A DNA stretch of 64,000 bases, taken from Marsupella aquatica. Its lineage: Eukaryota; Plantae; Marchantiophyta. Position numbers and translations under genes: made by a program. Positions 62,521 through 64,000 of this stretch are shown piece after piece; within the stretch, counting starts at the first letter, position 1, and every line of letters begins with the position of its first letter. Under the pieces are notes generated by a model, which had not been told where the DNA came from, did not search any database, and was given only the letters and a program-made list of their open reading frames with translations. Location of the stretch: NCBI GenBank assembly GCA_973895155.1, contig OZ316897.1:5349976-5413975 (forward strand), given 5' to 3'.

Positions 62521-63935
62521 ATGAAGGATTTGGGGACATTGAATGGCCTTGGTATTCAGATTGAATTGGCTAGTGATGCGCCAATCTTTCGTAGACCATA
62601 CCGTTATAGTGACATGGAGAGAGCTTTGATTTGGAGCAAAACTCAGGATTTGTTGGAGGCTGGTCTGGTGGAGATCTTATACGAGGAGTATGCATCTACC
62701 ATAGTGATACCAGCCAAGAAGGATGTGCATGATAATTACACGGATAGGCACATGTGTGGTGATTACCGACCTATTAATCGTCAGACAAAATCTGATCGAT
62801 ATGCCATGCCCACACCTGAAGAGATCTTTGATGTTGTGGGGCATGCAAAGGTTTTTAGTTCATTGGATCTGAGGGCAGGGTACCATCAGCTTCCAATCAA
62901 ACATTCTGACAGGGCCAAAACAACATTCTGGGGAATTGATTTGCATGGCAAGATCATTTATATCAGTGGTTATTCTTACCATTTGGGTTGAAGAATGCAC
63001 CAGCTGAGTTCTAGAGAGTCATGGATCAAATTCTTGCAAGTTTGGATTTTGTCAGATGTTACATTGATGATATTTTGGTCTATTCTTCCACTGTGGAAGA
63101 ACATCAGCAGCACTTGCAGATTGTATTGGAGAGATTGAGAGAACATGGGTTGAAACTCCACCTTGGCAAGTGTAAGTTCTTCCAAGACCAGATTGACTAT
63201 TTGGGCCACACTATCTATCCAAGGGGACTGGGTGTGCAATAGACTAAGGTGGAGGCCATTACACATATTCCTTGTCCTACTGATGTGAGTAGAGTTTGTG
63301 CATTCTTAGGATTGGCGAGCTACTACAGGAGGTACGTTAAAGGATTTAGCCAGCTTGCTAAACCTTTAACCATACTCACTAAGTTGGATCAGGAGTGGAT
63401 TTGGGGTGATGACCAGGAGGATGCCTTTCAGGAGTTGAAAGAAAGATTGGCATCATCCCCTATTTTGAGAACCCATTTCAGGAGGAGACCATTTCAGCTA
63501 CACACTGATTGGAGTGGAGTAGGACTTGGAGCAGTGGTGACTCAAAAGGATGATGGGGGGAATGAGTTTGTTGTGGCTTATGCCAGTAGATCAAACAATT
63601 CAGTAGAGGCTAAGTATAGCTCTTATGAGGGAGAGTGTTTGGCAGCAGTGTGGGCTGTGGCACACTTCTGTTGCTACTTGTTTGGTAACCCCTTCACCTT
63701 GATCACTGATCATCAGCCTCTCAAGCTCGCTCTCAAGTGGTTAATGGAGTTTGACAAGCTTACAGGGGAGCTTGCACGATGGGCATTGTTGTTACAGGAG
63801 TATGATTTCCAAGTGGTGCATGGGCCTGGAAAAGTGAACTTGGATGCAGATGGATTGAGCCGCAATCCATGTACCAGTCAAGAGGATGAGACTGGAGTCA
63901 GATGGCATGATGAGTCAGATAAGGAGATGGTATAG
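62521..63935 (+). pseudogene. pol: Gypsy reverse transcriptase and RNase H
   Basis: CGDYRPIN, LDLRAGYHQ, YIDDIL, AFLGLASYYRR, LHTDWS, YSSYEGE, ITDHQPL. Confidence 0.93.
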
Positions 63936-64000
63936 ATGGAGTTTGGACTTTTCTGGTCCATTACCTCTTACCCAATGACATAATCAATATGTTTTGGTTA

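Overview
Eukaryotic, intron-containing, almost wholly transposon-derived DNA. It is most consistent with a non-seed land plant such as a liverwort or moss (inference from TE families and plant-type cargo domains). No host housekeeping gene, RNA gene or CRISPR array is evident. From left to right: (1) a degenerate L1 LINE (~1046-4940, -); (2) an Athila/Phygy-like Ty3/Gypsy element (-) whose gag is split by (3) an 11-kb Mutator/MULE (9160-20214, TIRs, 9-bp TSD); (4) a Sola-like/GHTHED-type DNA transposon (~20600-30822); (5) a 20-kb CACTA element (30823-50901) carrying ubiquitin-like, EDM2-like PHD, BRCT and F-box cargo; (6) a second Gypsy with LTR, PBS and PPT (50902-58799); (7) a LINE RT fragment; (8) a Gypsy pol with an embedded C5-cytosine methyltransferase (61150-63935). 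The main finding is that two unrelated DNA transposons share one module. Each has, divergent from its transposase, a gene encoding an N-terminal ParB/Srx-like domain and a C-terminal beta-class N4C/N6A DNA methyltransferase-like domain. Each also carries many non-coding copies of its own palindrome: TAGCGCCWGGCGCTA x18 in the MULE, and TTGGACAGAGATCATCTCTGTCCAA-like arrays in the Sola-like element. This suggests a transposon-borne ParB/parS-like self-recognition and epigenetic (possibly anti-silencing) system. All domain calls are by-eye motif recognition, not database searches.
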